From contig CACZYB010000003.1 of NCBI GenBank assembly GCA_902785275.1, positions 32,001 through 96,000 on the forward strand: a stretch of DNA of 64,000 nucleotides, written 5' to 3'. Under the pieces are notes generated by a model that saw only the letters and a program-made list of their open reading frames with translations, did no database searches and had not been told where the DNA came from. Both the position numbers and the translations under genes were made by a program. This document shows, in pieces, positions 1 through 9,771 of the stretch (position 1 is the first letter of the stretch; every line of letters starts with the position of its first letter). Source of the DNA: an uncultured Pseudomonadota bacterium (GTDB lineage Bacteria > Pseudomonadota > Alphaproteobacteria > Rs-D84 > CACZYB01).

Positions 1-1841
1 GAAATAAGTTACTTTTAGACCCTTATGCAAAGGCTCTTTATGGAAAGATTGTTTGGTCAAGTGCCCTTTTCAGTTATCAAATACGAAACCCTCAAAAAGA
101 TTTATCCTTTGATGACAGGGACAGTGCAAAATATATGCCAAAGTGTGTAGTAACTGATGATACATATAAATGGCAAAACGACAGAAAGCCAGAGATAAGA
201 AGAAGTAATTCTATTATCTATGAAGTACACGTGAAAGGTGCGACAAAACTTAATCCAAAGGTTCCAGAAAAATATCGTGGAACATTTGAAGGATTGGCAA
301 ATAAAAATGTTATAAATTATTTCAAAAACCTTGGGGTAACTGCGATTGAACTTTTGCCAACACAGGCTTTTTTCCTTGGGTCAATTCCAGAAAGAAAAGG
401 ACTTTATAATTACTGGGGATATAATACCGCAAATTTCTTTACTCCGGAACCAGCATACCTTGCAACAAAAAACATAAACGAGTTTAAGACATTAGTTGAT
501 ACATATCATGGTGCGGGATTGGAAATAATTATGGATGTTGTGTATAATCACACACCAGAAGGGAACCATCTTGGTCCAACATTTTCTTTCCGTGGTATTG
601 ATAATGCTTATTATTACAGGTTAGTAAAGGATAATCCAAGATATTATGATGATACAACGGGATGCGGAAATACTTTGAACTTTGATAATACCAGAGTTGT
701 ACAGATGGCGATGGATAGTTTAAGGTATTGGGCAACAGAGATGAAGGTTGACGGATTCAGATTTGATTTGGCTGTATCTCTTGGTCGAAATGATTATGGC
801 TTCAGAACCGAATCTGATTTCTATGATGCTATGGCACAGGACCCTATTTTACAAAAGGTTAAAAGAATTGCTGAACCTTGGGATGTGGGACTGGGTGGAT
901 ATCAGGTTGGAAATTTCCCAGCAGGATGGAGCGAATGGAACGGAAAGTTCAGAGATACTACACGCCGTTTTTGGCGTGGTGATGATGGGCAAATTGGAGA
1001 TATGGCAACAAGATTTACCGGATCATCCGAACTTTTCGATAAATTTGGAAGACGTCCTTGGTCCACAGTTAATTTTGTAACTGCTCATGATGGTTTTACA
1101 ATGAACGATTTGGTTTCTTATGACTATAAGCATAATGATGCAAATGGTGAAGAAAATCGTGATGGTGAAAACAACAATGAAAGCTATAATTACGGCGTTG
1201 AAGGAGAAACAACAAATTCAAAAATAAATGCTATAAGAAATAGGCAAATTAAAAACTTTTTTGCAACAATACTTCTTTCTCAGGGACTTCCTATGATACT
1301 TGGCGGAGATGAGATAAAGCGTACACAAAAGGGAAATAATAATGCCTATTGTCAAGATAACAAAATAAGCTGGATTAACTGGTCCTTATTTGAAAAAAAC
1401 AAGGAAATCTATGACTTTGTAAAAAAGGTTATTGATATAAGAAAAAAACATATTGTTTTCCGTAGATCAAAGTTTTTTAAAGGCCAAAGAATTCCTGGGA
1501 CAAGAAATAAGGATATTACATGGTTTACACCAGCCGGAAAAGAAATGACAATGGATGATTGGCATAATCCAAAAAATAAAACTTTGGTTTTCAAAATTTC
1601 AGGTGAAGCTGGTGATAACTTTCATCTTGATAAAGAAGGAAATGCAACACCGGATAAAAACTTCTTTGTTATTATGAATGCTGATACAAAAAAATATAGC
1701 TGTATCGTTCCTATGCCAAAACCTCCGTATAAAAACTGGCGTGTAATGTTCGATACATCAGAACATAATAAAGAAACAAAACTTAAGTCGACATCTATTG
1801 TTGTGAACCCAAGAACGTTCATACTTCTTATTGCAGAATAA
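1..1841 (+). CDS. glgX: Glycogen debranching enzyme GlgX (GH13), 5'-truncated by window edge
   Basis: Frame is open from position 3 (NKLLLDPYAKA). Motifs IYEVHVKG, NYWGY, DVVYNHT, VDGFRFDLA, IAEPWD, NFVTAHDGF, GNNNAYCQDN. Confidence 0.95.
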   Translation, partial: NKLLLDPYAKALYGKIVWSSALFSYQIRNPQKDLSFDDRDSAKYMPKCVVTDDTYKWQNDRKPEIRRSNSIIYEVHVKGATKLNPKVPEKYRGTFEGLANKNVINYFKNLGVTAIELLPTQAFFLGSIPERKGLYNYWGYNTANFFTPEPAYLATKNINEFKTLVDTYHGAGLEIIMDVVYNHTPEGNHLGPTFSFRGIDNAYYYRLVKDNPRYYDDTTGCGNTLNFDNTRVVQMAMDSLRYWATEMKVDGFRFDLAVSLGRNDYGFRTESDFYDAMAQDPILQKVKRIAEPWDVGLGGYQVGNFPAGWSEWNGKFRDTTRRFWRGDDGQIGDMATRFTGSSELFDKFGRRPWSTVNFVTAHDGFTMNDLVSYDYKHNDANGEENRDGENNNESYNYGVEGETTNSKINAIRNRQIKNFFATILLSQGLPMILGGDEIKRTQKGNNNAYCQDNKISWINWSLFEKNKEIYDFVKKVIDIRKKHIVFRRSKFFKGQRIPGTRNKDITWFTPAGKEMTMDDWHNPKNKTLVFKISGEAGDNFHLDKEGNATPDKNFFVIMNADTKKYSCIVPMPKPPYKNWRVMFDTSEHNKETKLKSTSIVVNPRTFILLIAE

Positions 1842-1849
1842 ATCAGCTA

Positions 1850-1918
1850 CTTGAAACTTTGCTGTTTTATTCCTATATATACTCTTGCTTGACTTGTTAC
1901 TAAGTTTTTTGATAGAAT
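1850..1918 (+). promoter_or_regulatory. Tandem promoters upstream of lon: RpoH-like CTTGAA-N16-CCTATAT (1850-1878) and sigma70-like TTGACT-N18-TAGAAT (1889-1918)
   Basis: Direct motif match to alphaproteobacterial RpoH and RpoD consensus. lon is a classic heat-shock gene. Confidence 0.55.
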
Positions 1919-1951
1919 TCCTATAAATAAAAAAACAAAAAGGATATTGTT

Positions 1952-4477
1952 ATGGTTGAAACCAAAGATAAAGCAACAGAAGACATTACTATTGTTTCAA
2001 AAGGTGATTTGAACGATAACGTGGAAAAAGAAAACGAATTGGAAGAAAAGGAATATTGTTTACTTCCTCTTCGCGATATTGTTATTTTTCCAAGTATGAT
2101 TGTTCCAATATTTATTGGTCGTGGAAAATCTATTGCCACAGTAGAAGAAGCAATGAAACGTGGAAAACAAATTATCCTTGTTACCCAAAGGGATGCTTTG
2201 GTAAATAACCCTAAACGTGAAGATTTGTTCGATATTGGTGTAAAGGCAAATATTATTCAGATGCTAAGACTTCAAGATAATACTGTAAAGTTGGTTATTG
2301 AAGCTACATCCAAGGTAAAAATTACAAGCTTTAATGTTTCAAAACCATATTGGGAAACAACCATTGATTATATTTCTGAAGATTTAAGCTTTGAGGATAA
2401 TAAAGATATTGAGATGCTTACAAAATCTGTGCGTAACAGTTTTTTAAGGTATATCAAATTCAGTAAAGATGTTACCGTTGAAAATGTTACCGGTTTGGAA
2501 ATGGTGACAAGCCCTGTTATTCTTCTTGATACTATCAGTATGAGTATGAATATGCGAATCGAAAAGAAACAGGAAATTTTAGAAGCTCCAAATATTACCG
2601 AAAAGTTAGAAAAACTTTACACTGCGATTGAAACAGAACTTGATTTTATGAAAGTAGACAGACGTATTCGTTCACGTGTAAAGCAATCTATTGATAAAAA
2701 CCAACGTGAATTTTATCTTTCCGAACAGATGAAAGCTATTCAAAAAGAACTTGGCGATGACGGGGAAGATTATGATGATTTGGAAAAGAAGATTGATAAA
2801 ATCGGCCTTTCGAAGGAAGCATATTTAAAAGCAAAAACAGAGATGAAAAAACTTAAAAATATGTCTCCTCAATCACCAGAATATTCAATTTTAAGGAATT
2901 ATTTGGAATGTCTTCTTTCACTTCCTTGGTCAAAAAAATCCGAGCTTGATAAATCAATAGATGAAGCAGAAAAGATTTTAGATGAAGAACACTATGCTCT
3001 TGAAAAAGTAAAGGAAAGAATTTTGGAGTTTTTGGCAGTACAAAAACGTGTTGGCTGTTCAAAAGGAACTATACTTTGCTTTATGGGCCCTCCGGGTGTT
3101 GGTAAGACATCACTTGGTCGTGCGATTGCAAAGGCTACTGGTCGTGTATTTGAAAAACTTTCTCTTGGCGGTGTTCATGATGAAGCAGAAATTAGAGGCC
3201 ACAGAAGAACATATATTGGTGCACAATGTGGTAAGATTTTATCCGTTATGAAAAAGGCTGGCGTTAACAATCCTCTTATTATGCTTGATGAAATTGATAA
3301 GATGGGAAATGATTATCGTGGCGACCCTGCAAGTGCGATGTTAGAAGTTTTGGATCCAGAACAAAATGTTGCGTTTAATGATCATTACTTGGATTTGGAT
3401 TATGATTTATCCAATGTGATGTTTATTGCTACTGCAAACAGCTATGATATACCTCGCCCTCTTCTTGATAGAATGGAAGTTATTGAACTTTCCGGTTATA
3501 CAGAAGATGAAAAACTTGAAATCGCGAAAAGACATATCATTCCAAAAACACTTGTTAAAAATGGATTGGATAAAAATGAAATTTCAATTTCTGATGGTGC
3601 AATAAAGGATATTATCAGATACTATACAAAAGAATCTGGTGTTCGTGGATTGGAACGTCAAATCGATAAGTTGATGAGAAAATCCGTACGAAAGATTGGT
3701 GAAAAAAATGCATCAGAAGAATCCCTTTTCGAACTTAAAGAGGAAACTTTGAAACCTCAGGATGATAAGAATATTAAAATTACACCTGAAAATCTTTCAA
3801 ACTTCCTTGGGATAAAAAGATTTGATTTCGGAAAGTCAGAAGAAGAAGACAGTATCGGAACCGTAACTGGACTTGCATGGACAGAAGTTGGTGGTGAACT
3901 TTTACAGATAGAATCGGCAGTTATGGCCGGTAAAGGTTTGGCTGTATTTACTGGAAAGCTTGGCGATGTAATGAAAGAATCTATTGAAACTGCAAAATCA
4001 TTCGTTCGTTCACATTCAGCACAGTTCGGTATTAATCCAAAGATTTGGGATAAAATCGATATTCATATTCACGTTCCAGAAGGTGCAACACCAAAGGATG
4101 GACCTTCGGCTGGTATTGCGATGATGACATCAATTCTTTCGACACTTACTGAAATTCCTGTACGAAAGGATGTTGCAATGACTGGGGAAATCACTCTTCG
4201 TGGACGTGTACTTCCAATTGGTGGATTAAAGGAAAAATTATTGGCTGCACTTCGCGGTGGAATAAAAACTGTGGCTATTCCTTTTGAAAATGTTAAGGAT
4301 TTAGAGGAAATCCCTGATGTTGTAAAGAAGGGATTAAAGATTATTCCTGTGAAAACTGCGGATGAAGTTTTGGAAATCGCCCTTTCGAAACCGGTTACTC
4401 CGATAAAAGAAGTTGGTGATTTTTTCGAAAACTTGCTTAAAACCCCAGTAAAATCTCAGGGTGAAATAGTTCAATAA
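1952..4477 (+). CDS. lon: ATP-dependent protease La (Lon)
   Basis: N-domain LPLRDIVIFP, Walker A GPPGVGKTS, RRTYIGA, LDEIDK, catalytic PKDGPSAG and GGLKEKLLAA. Confidence 0.98.
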   Translation: MVETKDKATEDITIVSKGDLNDNVEKENELEEKEYCLLPLRDIVIFPSMIVPIFIGRGKSIATVEEAMKRGKQIILVTQRDALVNNPKREDLFDIGVKANIIQMLRLQDNTVKLVIEATSKVKITSFNVSKPYWETTIDYISEDLSFEDNKDIEMLTKSVRNSFLRYIKFSKDVTVENVTGLEMVTSPVILLDTISMSMNMRIEKKQEILEAPNITEKLEKLYTAIETELDFMKVDRRIRSRVKQSIDKNQREFYLSEQMKAIQKELGDDGEDYDDLEKKIDKIGLSKEAYLKAKTEMKKLKNMSPQSPEYSILRNYLECLLSLPWSKKSELDKSIDEAEKILDEEHYALEKVKERILEFLAVQKRVGCSKGTILCFMGPPGVGKTSLGRAIAKATGRVFEKLSLGGVHDEAEIRGHRRTYIGAQCGKILSVMKKAGVNNPLIMLDEIDKMGNDYRGDPASAMLEVLDPEQNVAFNDHYLDLDYDLSNVMFIATANSYDIPRPLLDRMEVIELSGYTEDEKLEIAKRHIIPKTLVKNGLDKNEISISDGAIKDIIRYYTKESGVRGLERQIDKLMRKSVRKIGEKNASEESLFELKEETLKPQDDKNIKITPENLSNFLGIKRFDFGKSEEEDSIGTVTGLAWTEVGGELLQIESAVMAGKGLAVFTGKLGDVMKESIETAKSFVRSHSAQFGINPKIWDKIDIHIHVPEGATPKDGPSAGIAMMTSILSTLTEIPVRKDVAMTGEITLRGRVLPIGGLKEKLLAALRGGIKTVAIPFENVKDLEEIPDVVKKGLKIIPVKTADEVLEIALSKPVTPIKEVGDFFENLLKTPVKSQGEIVQ

Positions 4478-4502
4478 AACTTTTATTTTATATAAAAAAA
4501 GT

Positions 4503-4556
4503 AAGGTCATATGTTTAATTAAGCGATTTTCGCATTGAATATATGACTTTATTTTT
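4503..4556 (+). terminator. Long hairpin after lon (terminator or stability element)
   Basis: gtcatat-gtttaat...attgaat-atatgac arms followed by a T-rich tract. Confidence 0.55.
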
Positions 4557-4627
4557 ATTTTTTTTAAGAATTTTGAAAAAAGTGCTTGATTTAATTAAAA
4601 ATATGCTTATAATATGTGAAATATGTT

Positions 4628-4704
4628 GCGGGCGTAGCTCAGTTGGCTAGAGCGCAACCTTGCCAAGGTTGAGGTCGTGGGTTCGAGCCCCATTGCCCGC
4701 TCCA
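4628..4704 (+). tRNA. tRNA-Gly (GCC)
   Basis: GCGGGCG acceptor stem, anticodon loop CTTGCCAAG, GTTCGAG T-loop, encoded CCA. Upstream TTGATT-N16-TATAAT. Confidence 0.97.
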
Positions 4705-4763
4705 AAATTAAATTTGTTTTTTTTCATGTTCTCCCGTATGGGAGGTTTTCTTTTTCATTTGTT

Positions 4764-4787
4764 CCCAGCGTAAAAGCTGGGTTTTTT
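4764..4787 (+). terminator. Intrinsic terminator after tRNA-Gly
   Basis: cccagc-gtaaaa-gctggg followed by a T run. A second hairpin ctccc-gtat-gggag lies just upstream. Confidence 0.8.
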
Positions 4788-4841
4788 ATTGGAAAAATAA
4801 GGGAAAATGAGCTTTGTAAACTGGAAAATTCACTATGACAA

Positions 4842-4968
4842 ATAAACGACCGTCTAGATGATATAGTCAAAGATTTTAGGAATTTTAACCCTAAAAGTCA
4901 ATAAAATTCTATGAAAGTCAACATATCCAATAATTGCATAATACTATATCAAATAGACGGTGGTTTAT
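4842..4968. repeat. 26-bp imperfect inverted repeat flanking a 75-bp segment (candidate invertible promoter)
   Basis: Left arm ataaacgaccgtctagatgatatagt (4842-4867). Reverse complement of right arm ataaaccaccgtctatttgatatagt (4943-4968). 23/26 identical. Confidence 0.85.
4873..4901 (-). promoter_or_regulatory. sigma70-like promoter inside the inverted repeat, pointing away from the downstream genes
   Basis: Minus strand TTGACT (4901-4896), 17-nt spacer, TAAAAT (4878-4873). Confidence 0.65.
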
Positions 4969-5036
4969 GAATATTGAAAAATATGGAAAAATCTAGATTT
5001 GAAAAGAAATTTAACTCAAAAAAGGAGAGAAGCAAT

Positions 5037-5315
5037 ATGAATTTTAAAAAATTTTGGTTGGATGAAAAAGCTTACGTATTGATACAAAGTGATGCAGGAC
5101 AATATATAGTTGTAAAATCATCTGAAAGTTGGAAGAAAACTATAGTGGAAAAATTAACTGAATTAATCGAAAAAGGAGAAAAATTAAATTTAACAGAAAA
5201 CCAAAAACAATACATAGAGAAATATCCTTCTGATAAGAATGATTCTCAAACAACAGATAGTTTGGGAGCTGTTTTAATGCAATATTTAGAAGAAAACCCT
5301 AAAAAGGAGATCTAA
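5037..5315 (+). CDS. Hypothetical protein (92 aa)
   Basis: AAGGAG RBS before ATG 5037, a better start than TTG 4974. Stop lies 3 nt before the next gene, whose RBS (aaggag) is within this ORF's 3' end. Confidence 0.65.
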   Translation: MNFKKFWLDEKAYVLIQSDAGQYIVVKSSESWKKTIVEKLTELIEKGEKLNLTENQKQYIEKYPSDKNDSQTTDSLGAVLMQYLEENPKKEI

Positions 5316-5318
5316 AAA

Positions 5319-6323
5319 ATGAAAAAATTTATTTTATCAGCATTATTATTAGTAAGTATATCTTCAGTAGTAAATGCCCAATCTTATAATGATTATAAAA
5401 AACTTATGGAAAAGAATAATACATTTGATTCATTAACAGGAGTTTCTGTTAATGTTGGTTATGATGTATTTTCAGGTGGTATAGATTTCCAAACATCATA
5501 TTCTTTATATAATAAATTTAGTGTTAAATTAGGTTTAGATACAAAATCATTTGATAATAAAACAACATCATTTTATAGTACAAAGAAATTGGGTGAGGAT
5601 CTTTGGGGTGCAAAAGATGTAGAGGGGAATGGTATATATAGAGTACCACGTAATTATCCATATATCTACAAAGCTAAATTTGAACATGATGATTCAATAT
5701 CTTCTAATTCATATAAATTTGGAGTAGGGTATCAAATTAATAATTATATTGAATTAACAGGTGGATATTCATTTGGTGGAAAATATACAGAAAATTATCA
5801 TATACATGATCCAAGATCATTTTTTGAAGCATATGTTCCAAATAATACAGGTTATTCATTTTTCTTAGGGTATTCAGAAAAAGATGATTTATATTATCTA
5901 GTAACTGGTTCTGATAGAGGATCTGTTGTTAAATCAGCAAAATTTATGGTTGAAAGAGAAATGAAAGGACCATATTTGGGTGTAAATTTCAATATACCAT
6001 TTAATAATAGATTTTCATTTTATACTAATTTAGATGTGACTTTTATAGATAAACCAAAAGTATCATATGATATGGAATTTTTTGATGTAAATGTAAATTA
6101 TGTATTGCGTAGAAATGATGAAACTAACCCAGGTACATATACAGCAGTATATCGTGATAGTAATGGTAATACAGCATCTGAAAATAGAATTAGTATATAT
6201 GATGAAAGATCTCAAAAAACAATAAAAATGGCTATGCAACCTGTTTTGGAAGATTTTAAAGAAAAAATAGATATGGATACTGAAGTTATTTCTTTGAAAA
6301 TGGGTATTAAATATAATTTTTAA
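5319..6323 (+). CDS. Outer-membrane beta-barrel protein (surface antigen-like)
   Basis: Sec signal MKKFILSALLLVSISSVVNA, alternating aromatic/Gly strands (YKFGVGYQ, LTGGYSFG, GPYLGVNFNIP), C-terminal beta-signal MGIKYNF. Confidence 0.75.
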   Translation: MKKFILSALLLVSISSVVNAQSYNDYKKLMEKNNTFDSLTGVSVNVGYDVFSGGIDFQTSYSLYNKFSVKLGLDTKSFDNKTTSFYSTKKLGEDLWGAKDVEGNGIYRVPRNYPYIYKAKFEHDDSISSNSYKFGVGYQINNYIELTGGYSFGGKYTENYHIHDPRSFFEAYVPNNTGYSFFLGYSEKDDLYYLVTGSDRGSVVKSAKFMVEREMKGPYLGVNFNIPFNNRFSFYTNLDVTFIDKPKVSYDMEFFDVNVNYVLRRNDETNPGTYTAVYRDSNGNTASENRISIYDERSQKTIKMAMQPVLEDFKEKIDMDTEVISLKMGIKYNF

Positions 6324-6336
6324 ATATAATAAAACT

Positions 6337-6362
6337 AACTCCCCGTTATTTGGGGAGTTTTT
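6337..6362. terminator. Hairpin terminator between convergent OMP gene and lolD
   Basis: aactcccc-gttattt-ggggagtt followed by a T tract. Confidence 0.75.
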
Positions 6363-6380
6363 ATTTTTTTGATGCAAAAA

Positions 6381-7130
6381 TTACTTGAATGCGTCGAAAA
6401 TCTTTTTACCAATTGGGTGGGTGGTTAAAAACTCCCTATCGGATGGATTTTTGAAATCGTAAAGCTTTCCTTCTACAAGTGCAATCTGTCTATCCATTTG
6501 AACAGCCAAAGCAGGATTGTGAGTTGCAATAAATGCAGTCATACCTTGATTTCTAACAAGGTTTAGCAAGCTTTCGAAAACGGTTTCTGAATTATATGGG
6601 TCAAGATTTCCTGTTGGCTCATCCGCAAGAAGAAGTATTGGATTATTTGCCAAAGAGCGAGCAATCGCAACACGTTGCTGTTCACCACCTGAAAGTTCGG
6701 CTGGTTTATGATTTACACGTTCACCAAGACCAACCATTTCCAATTTTTTTGTAGCCTCAACCTTTGCTTGCTTTTTCGACATACCGTTAACAAGCATTGG
6801 TAACATCACATTTTCAAGGGCAGTAAAATCAGCAAAAAGATTATGTTGCTGGTAAACAAAGCCCATCTTTTGAAGGCGAATCTTTGTTTTTGCATTATCA
6901 CTTAATTTATTGCAATTTTTACCATCGATTATGATATCGCCACTGTCAACCTTATCAAGAAGACCCGCAGTATAAAGAAGTGTTGATTTACCACTTCCAC
7001 TTGGACCAATCAATGCAACTATTTCACCCTTTTTAACTTCTAAATCAACACCGTTTAATATGTTAAGTGTTGTTTTTCCCTGAGTAAAACTTTTATGAAT
7101 ATTGGATAAAGACAAAATAATTTCGGACAT
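6381..7130 (-). CDS. lolD: Lipoprotein-releasing ABC transporter ATPase LolD
   Basis: [18 protein letters not shown] (LolD motif), [23 protein letters not shown]. Coupled to the lolC/E gene. Confidence 0.93.
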   Translation of the reverse strand: MSEIILSLSNIHKSFTQGKTTLNILNGVDLEVKKGEIVALIGPSGSGKSTLLYTAGLLDKVDSGDIIIDGKNCNKLSDNAKTKIRLQKMGFVYQQHNLFADFTALENVMLPMLVNGMSKKQAKVEATKKLEMVGLGERVNHKPAELSGGEQQRVAIARSLANNPILLLADEPTGNLDPYNSETVFESLLNLVRNQGMTAFIATHNPALAVQMDRQIALVEGKLYDFKNPSDREFLTTHPIGKKIFDAFK

Positions 7131-8392
7131 TATTCATACCTCAAAACATCAATTGGTTGCATCTTTGCGGCCTTTCTTGATGGGTAAATTGTTGCCAAGA
7201 ATGAAATAGTAAGTGACATTGCAACAACCCAAAATACTTCGGCATAATCAATTTTTGATGGAAGTTCGGAAAGGAAGTATACATCTTCTGGGAATAATTT
7301 AGTTCCGGTCAAAGCTTGGAATATCTGACGTACAACCTCAATATTCTCACTTATCAAAACACCAAGAAGAACACCACTTATTGTTCCAACAACACCAATA
7401 AAACTTCCACTTAGGAAAAAGATTTTCATAATATTCGCACGGGTTGCACCAACAGTCCTTAACACTGCGATATCGTGTGATTTATCCTTTACCAACATAA
7501 CAAGACTTGAAATAATATTAAATGATGCAACAAGGATTATAAGTGTCAAAATCAAAAACATAACGTTTCGTTCAACAGTTAGAGCAGATACAAATGAAGA
7601 GTTTTGTTTTTGCCATGAAATAGTTCTGTTCATTGGAGCAATCATTTTTGTAATGGTCTTACCAATTTTTTCCGCATCATCAGGACGTTCAATGAAAATT
7701 TCGATATAATTAACCACACCCTCCATATCAAGGAAGTTTTGAACATAATCGAGTGGCATATAAATAAAGTTTGTATCATAGGTTGACATACCTGTATTAA
7801 ACATTCCGCCAACTGTGTATTGCTGTATTCTTGGCACAGTACCAAATGCTGTAATATTACCCTTTGCAGTTGTAATAGTTATTTCATCGCCTTCAAAAAC
7901 GCCAAGTTTTCTGGCCAATGTTGTACCAATGAGTACTTCTCCATCCTTTAAATCCGATGGATTAATCCCCTTTAATCCATTATATAAAGGTGTTATTTTT
8001 GAAAGATCGGCATAGTCAATTCCGCGAAGCATAAGCCCCATAGAATTACCATTTGCAGAAACCATAACCTGTGATTCAATTATAGGAATAATTTTCATTT
8101 TTTCATTGTGAAGTGATGGTATATTACGTATGGATTTTGCAACTTCTTTGTAATCCTTTATATCCTCGCCAGCAAAATTTGAAACAACAGTTACATGACC
8201 GTTCATACCTAAAATTTTTGCCAACATATCATCACGAAAACCGTTCATTACTGACATAACAATAATAAGGGTTGCTACGCCTAATGATATACCTATAAGA
8301 GAAAGCCATGTTATAATAGAAATAAATCCATCTTTTCGTTTGGATTTAAGATATCTCCACGCAACCAAAAACTCGAATTTTTTAAAAGACAT
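7130..8392 (-). CDS. lolC: Lipoprotein-releasing ABC transporter permease LolC/E
   Basis: AWRYLKSKR, LIIVMSVMNGF, VASFNIISSLVMLV, ATIYPSRKAA...LRYE. Confidence 0.93.
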   Translation of the reverse strand: MSFKKFEFLVAWRYLKSKRKDGFISIITWLSLIGISLGVATLIIVMSVMNGFRDDMLAKILGMNGHVTVVSNFAGEDIKDYKEVAKSIRNIPSLHNEKMKIIPIIESQVMVSANGNSMGLMLRGIDYADLSKITPLYNGLKGINPSDLKDGEVLIGTTLARKLGVFEGDEITITTAKGNITAFGTVPRIQQYTVGGMFNTGMSTYDTNFIYMPLDYVQNFLDMEGVVNYIEIFIERPDDAEKIGKTITKMIAPMNRTISWQKQNSSFVSALTVERNVMFLILTLIILVASFNIISSLVMLVKDKSHDIAVLRTVGATRANIMKIFFLSGSFIGVVGTISGVLLGVLISENIEVVRQIFQALTGTKLFPEDVYFLSELPSKIDYAEVFWVVAMSLTISFLATIYPSRKAAKMQPIDVLRYE

Positions 8393-8401
8393 TGTGAAAA
8401 C

Positions 8402-9697
8402 CTATTTATTTTTTTCTTCAAATGGACGAACAATTTTTATAATTCTTGGGCTTAATAAAACAACCAATTCAGCATTAGGTGGAATGATTGTTTCCTTGCC
8501 TTCTACAAAATATTGTGTAGGAATACCAATTATAAGTATGTTATCGCCAAGACGACTTGGAACAGTGTATTTTGCGATATCACCATTTGATGTTCTTAGA
8601 ACAATAGTGTTATCGAGCTTTCCAACATATTTATCGTTTGGCAAGAATTGTGTTTGGTTCAAAATATTTAAATCTGTTTCTAGACGAAGTTCCCTTCCGC
8701 AACGACCAATATCAAAACGACCTTGCCATCTGTCTGGAACAATAAAGGTACCACTAGAAACAACAACTGTGTTTGCCTGTGGGTAAAGAAATTCATTTAA
8801 CGAATCACGATTAAAGTTTGATGAAACAACCAATGCACGACCAATAATACCCTTTTGTGAAAGTTTAATAGAGCCAGCATTAAATGCCTCTAAAATATTC
8901 ATCCATTTAATGTTTCCATCCAGATTTTTTGGGTAAACACGCAAAACATCAATATCATAAGCGATAAGATAGTTTTCAATAGAGAATTTATTTACAATAT
9001 TTCTTACCTTATCTTCGGTAACAATATCACCTTGGAAAATGATGATTTTATCTTCCCAATCGATAACGATATCATCAATATCGGCACCGCGAAGAGCATC
9101 TTCCATACCAAGTATTACATCGTTTGAAAGAGGAACGTGTAAATTCCACTTTGCATAACGTTTAAGTGTAATTCTTTTTATTCTGTTATCATAGTTATAA
9201 TAAACACCACCCAAAGATGTGATTAAATCAACAACTTGGGTCAAATTACCACTGATTTCCTTTTGTGATAAAACCTTATAGAAAGAATCAGTTGCATAAA
9301 CCTGGATACCGGTATTTTTAAGCAAAATTCTTAATACTTCATCAACAGATTTTTTTTCAAATGAAAGGTTATCCACCTTTAAATCAGGAAGAGGATCCCC
9401 CTTGTCCACACGTTCAAGCAAAAAATCACGACGATCAAATGGTTGGGATGAAATAAGTTGTTGTGTTTCCCAATCAACCTCACATCTTAATGGAGTTTCG
9501 ATATTAAACTTTTCAACATTTTCAAGTGTACGTGATGGTGTCTTATCAAACACAGGAACGTAATCATTTACCTGTACATCATAAGAAGTTGTTTCAATAT
9601 ATGGTTGTTGAACAGGAGTTTGAATAACGTTTGTATCATCAGAACAAGATGCAATAAACAAACAGGCTATGGTGTATATTATTTTATTTAACTTCAT
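8402..9697 (-). CDS. Lipoprotein, divergent secretin-like (PilN/BfpB-type architecture)
   Basis: Lipobox FIAS-C. N0-like LSFEKKSVDEVLRILLKNTGIQV, ISGNLTQVVDLITSLGGVYYNYD, N3-like segment, IAYDIDVLRV...IKW, and C-terminal ELVVLLSPRII resembling the secretin terminal strand. Confidence 0.6.
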   Translation of the reverse strand: MKLNKIIYTIACLFIASCSDDTNVIQTPVQQPYIETTSYDVQVNDYVPVFDKTPSRTLENVEKFNIETPLRCEVDWETQQLISSQPFDRRDFLLERVDKGDPLPDLKVDNLSFEKKSVDEVLRILLKNTGIQVYATDSFYKVLSQKEISGNLTQVVDLITSLGGVYYNYDNRIKRITLKRYAKWNLHVPLSNDVILGMEDALRGADIDDIVIDWEDKIIIFQGDIVTEDKVRNIVNKFSIENYLIAYDIDVLRVYPKNLDGNIKWMNILEAFNAGSIKLSQKGIIGRALVVSSNFNRDSLNEFLYPQANTVVVSSGTFIVPDRWQGRFDIGRCGRELRLETDLNILNQTQFLPNDKYVGKLDNTIVLRTSNGDIAKYTVPSRLGDNILIIGIPTQYFVEGKETIIPPNAELVVLLSPRIIKIVRPFEEKNK

Positions 9698-9771
9698 TTT
9701 CGTTCCTATCTTACCCTGTTATTTTAATAAAAGTTTTTTATAAATGCTATAAAAAAATTTAAATAAATATT

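Noticed and set aside
4974-5036. TTG-started N-terminal extension of the islet ORF
   Set aside because: The strong AAGGAG lies before ATG 5037. Upstream extensions were trimmed on similar grounds for the XRE regulator, raiA, fabZ, glgB, the transglycosylase and msbA.
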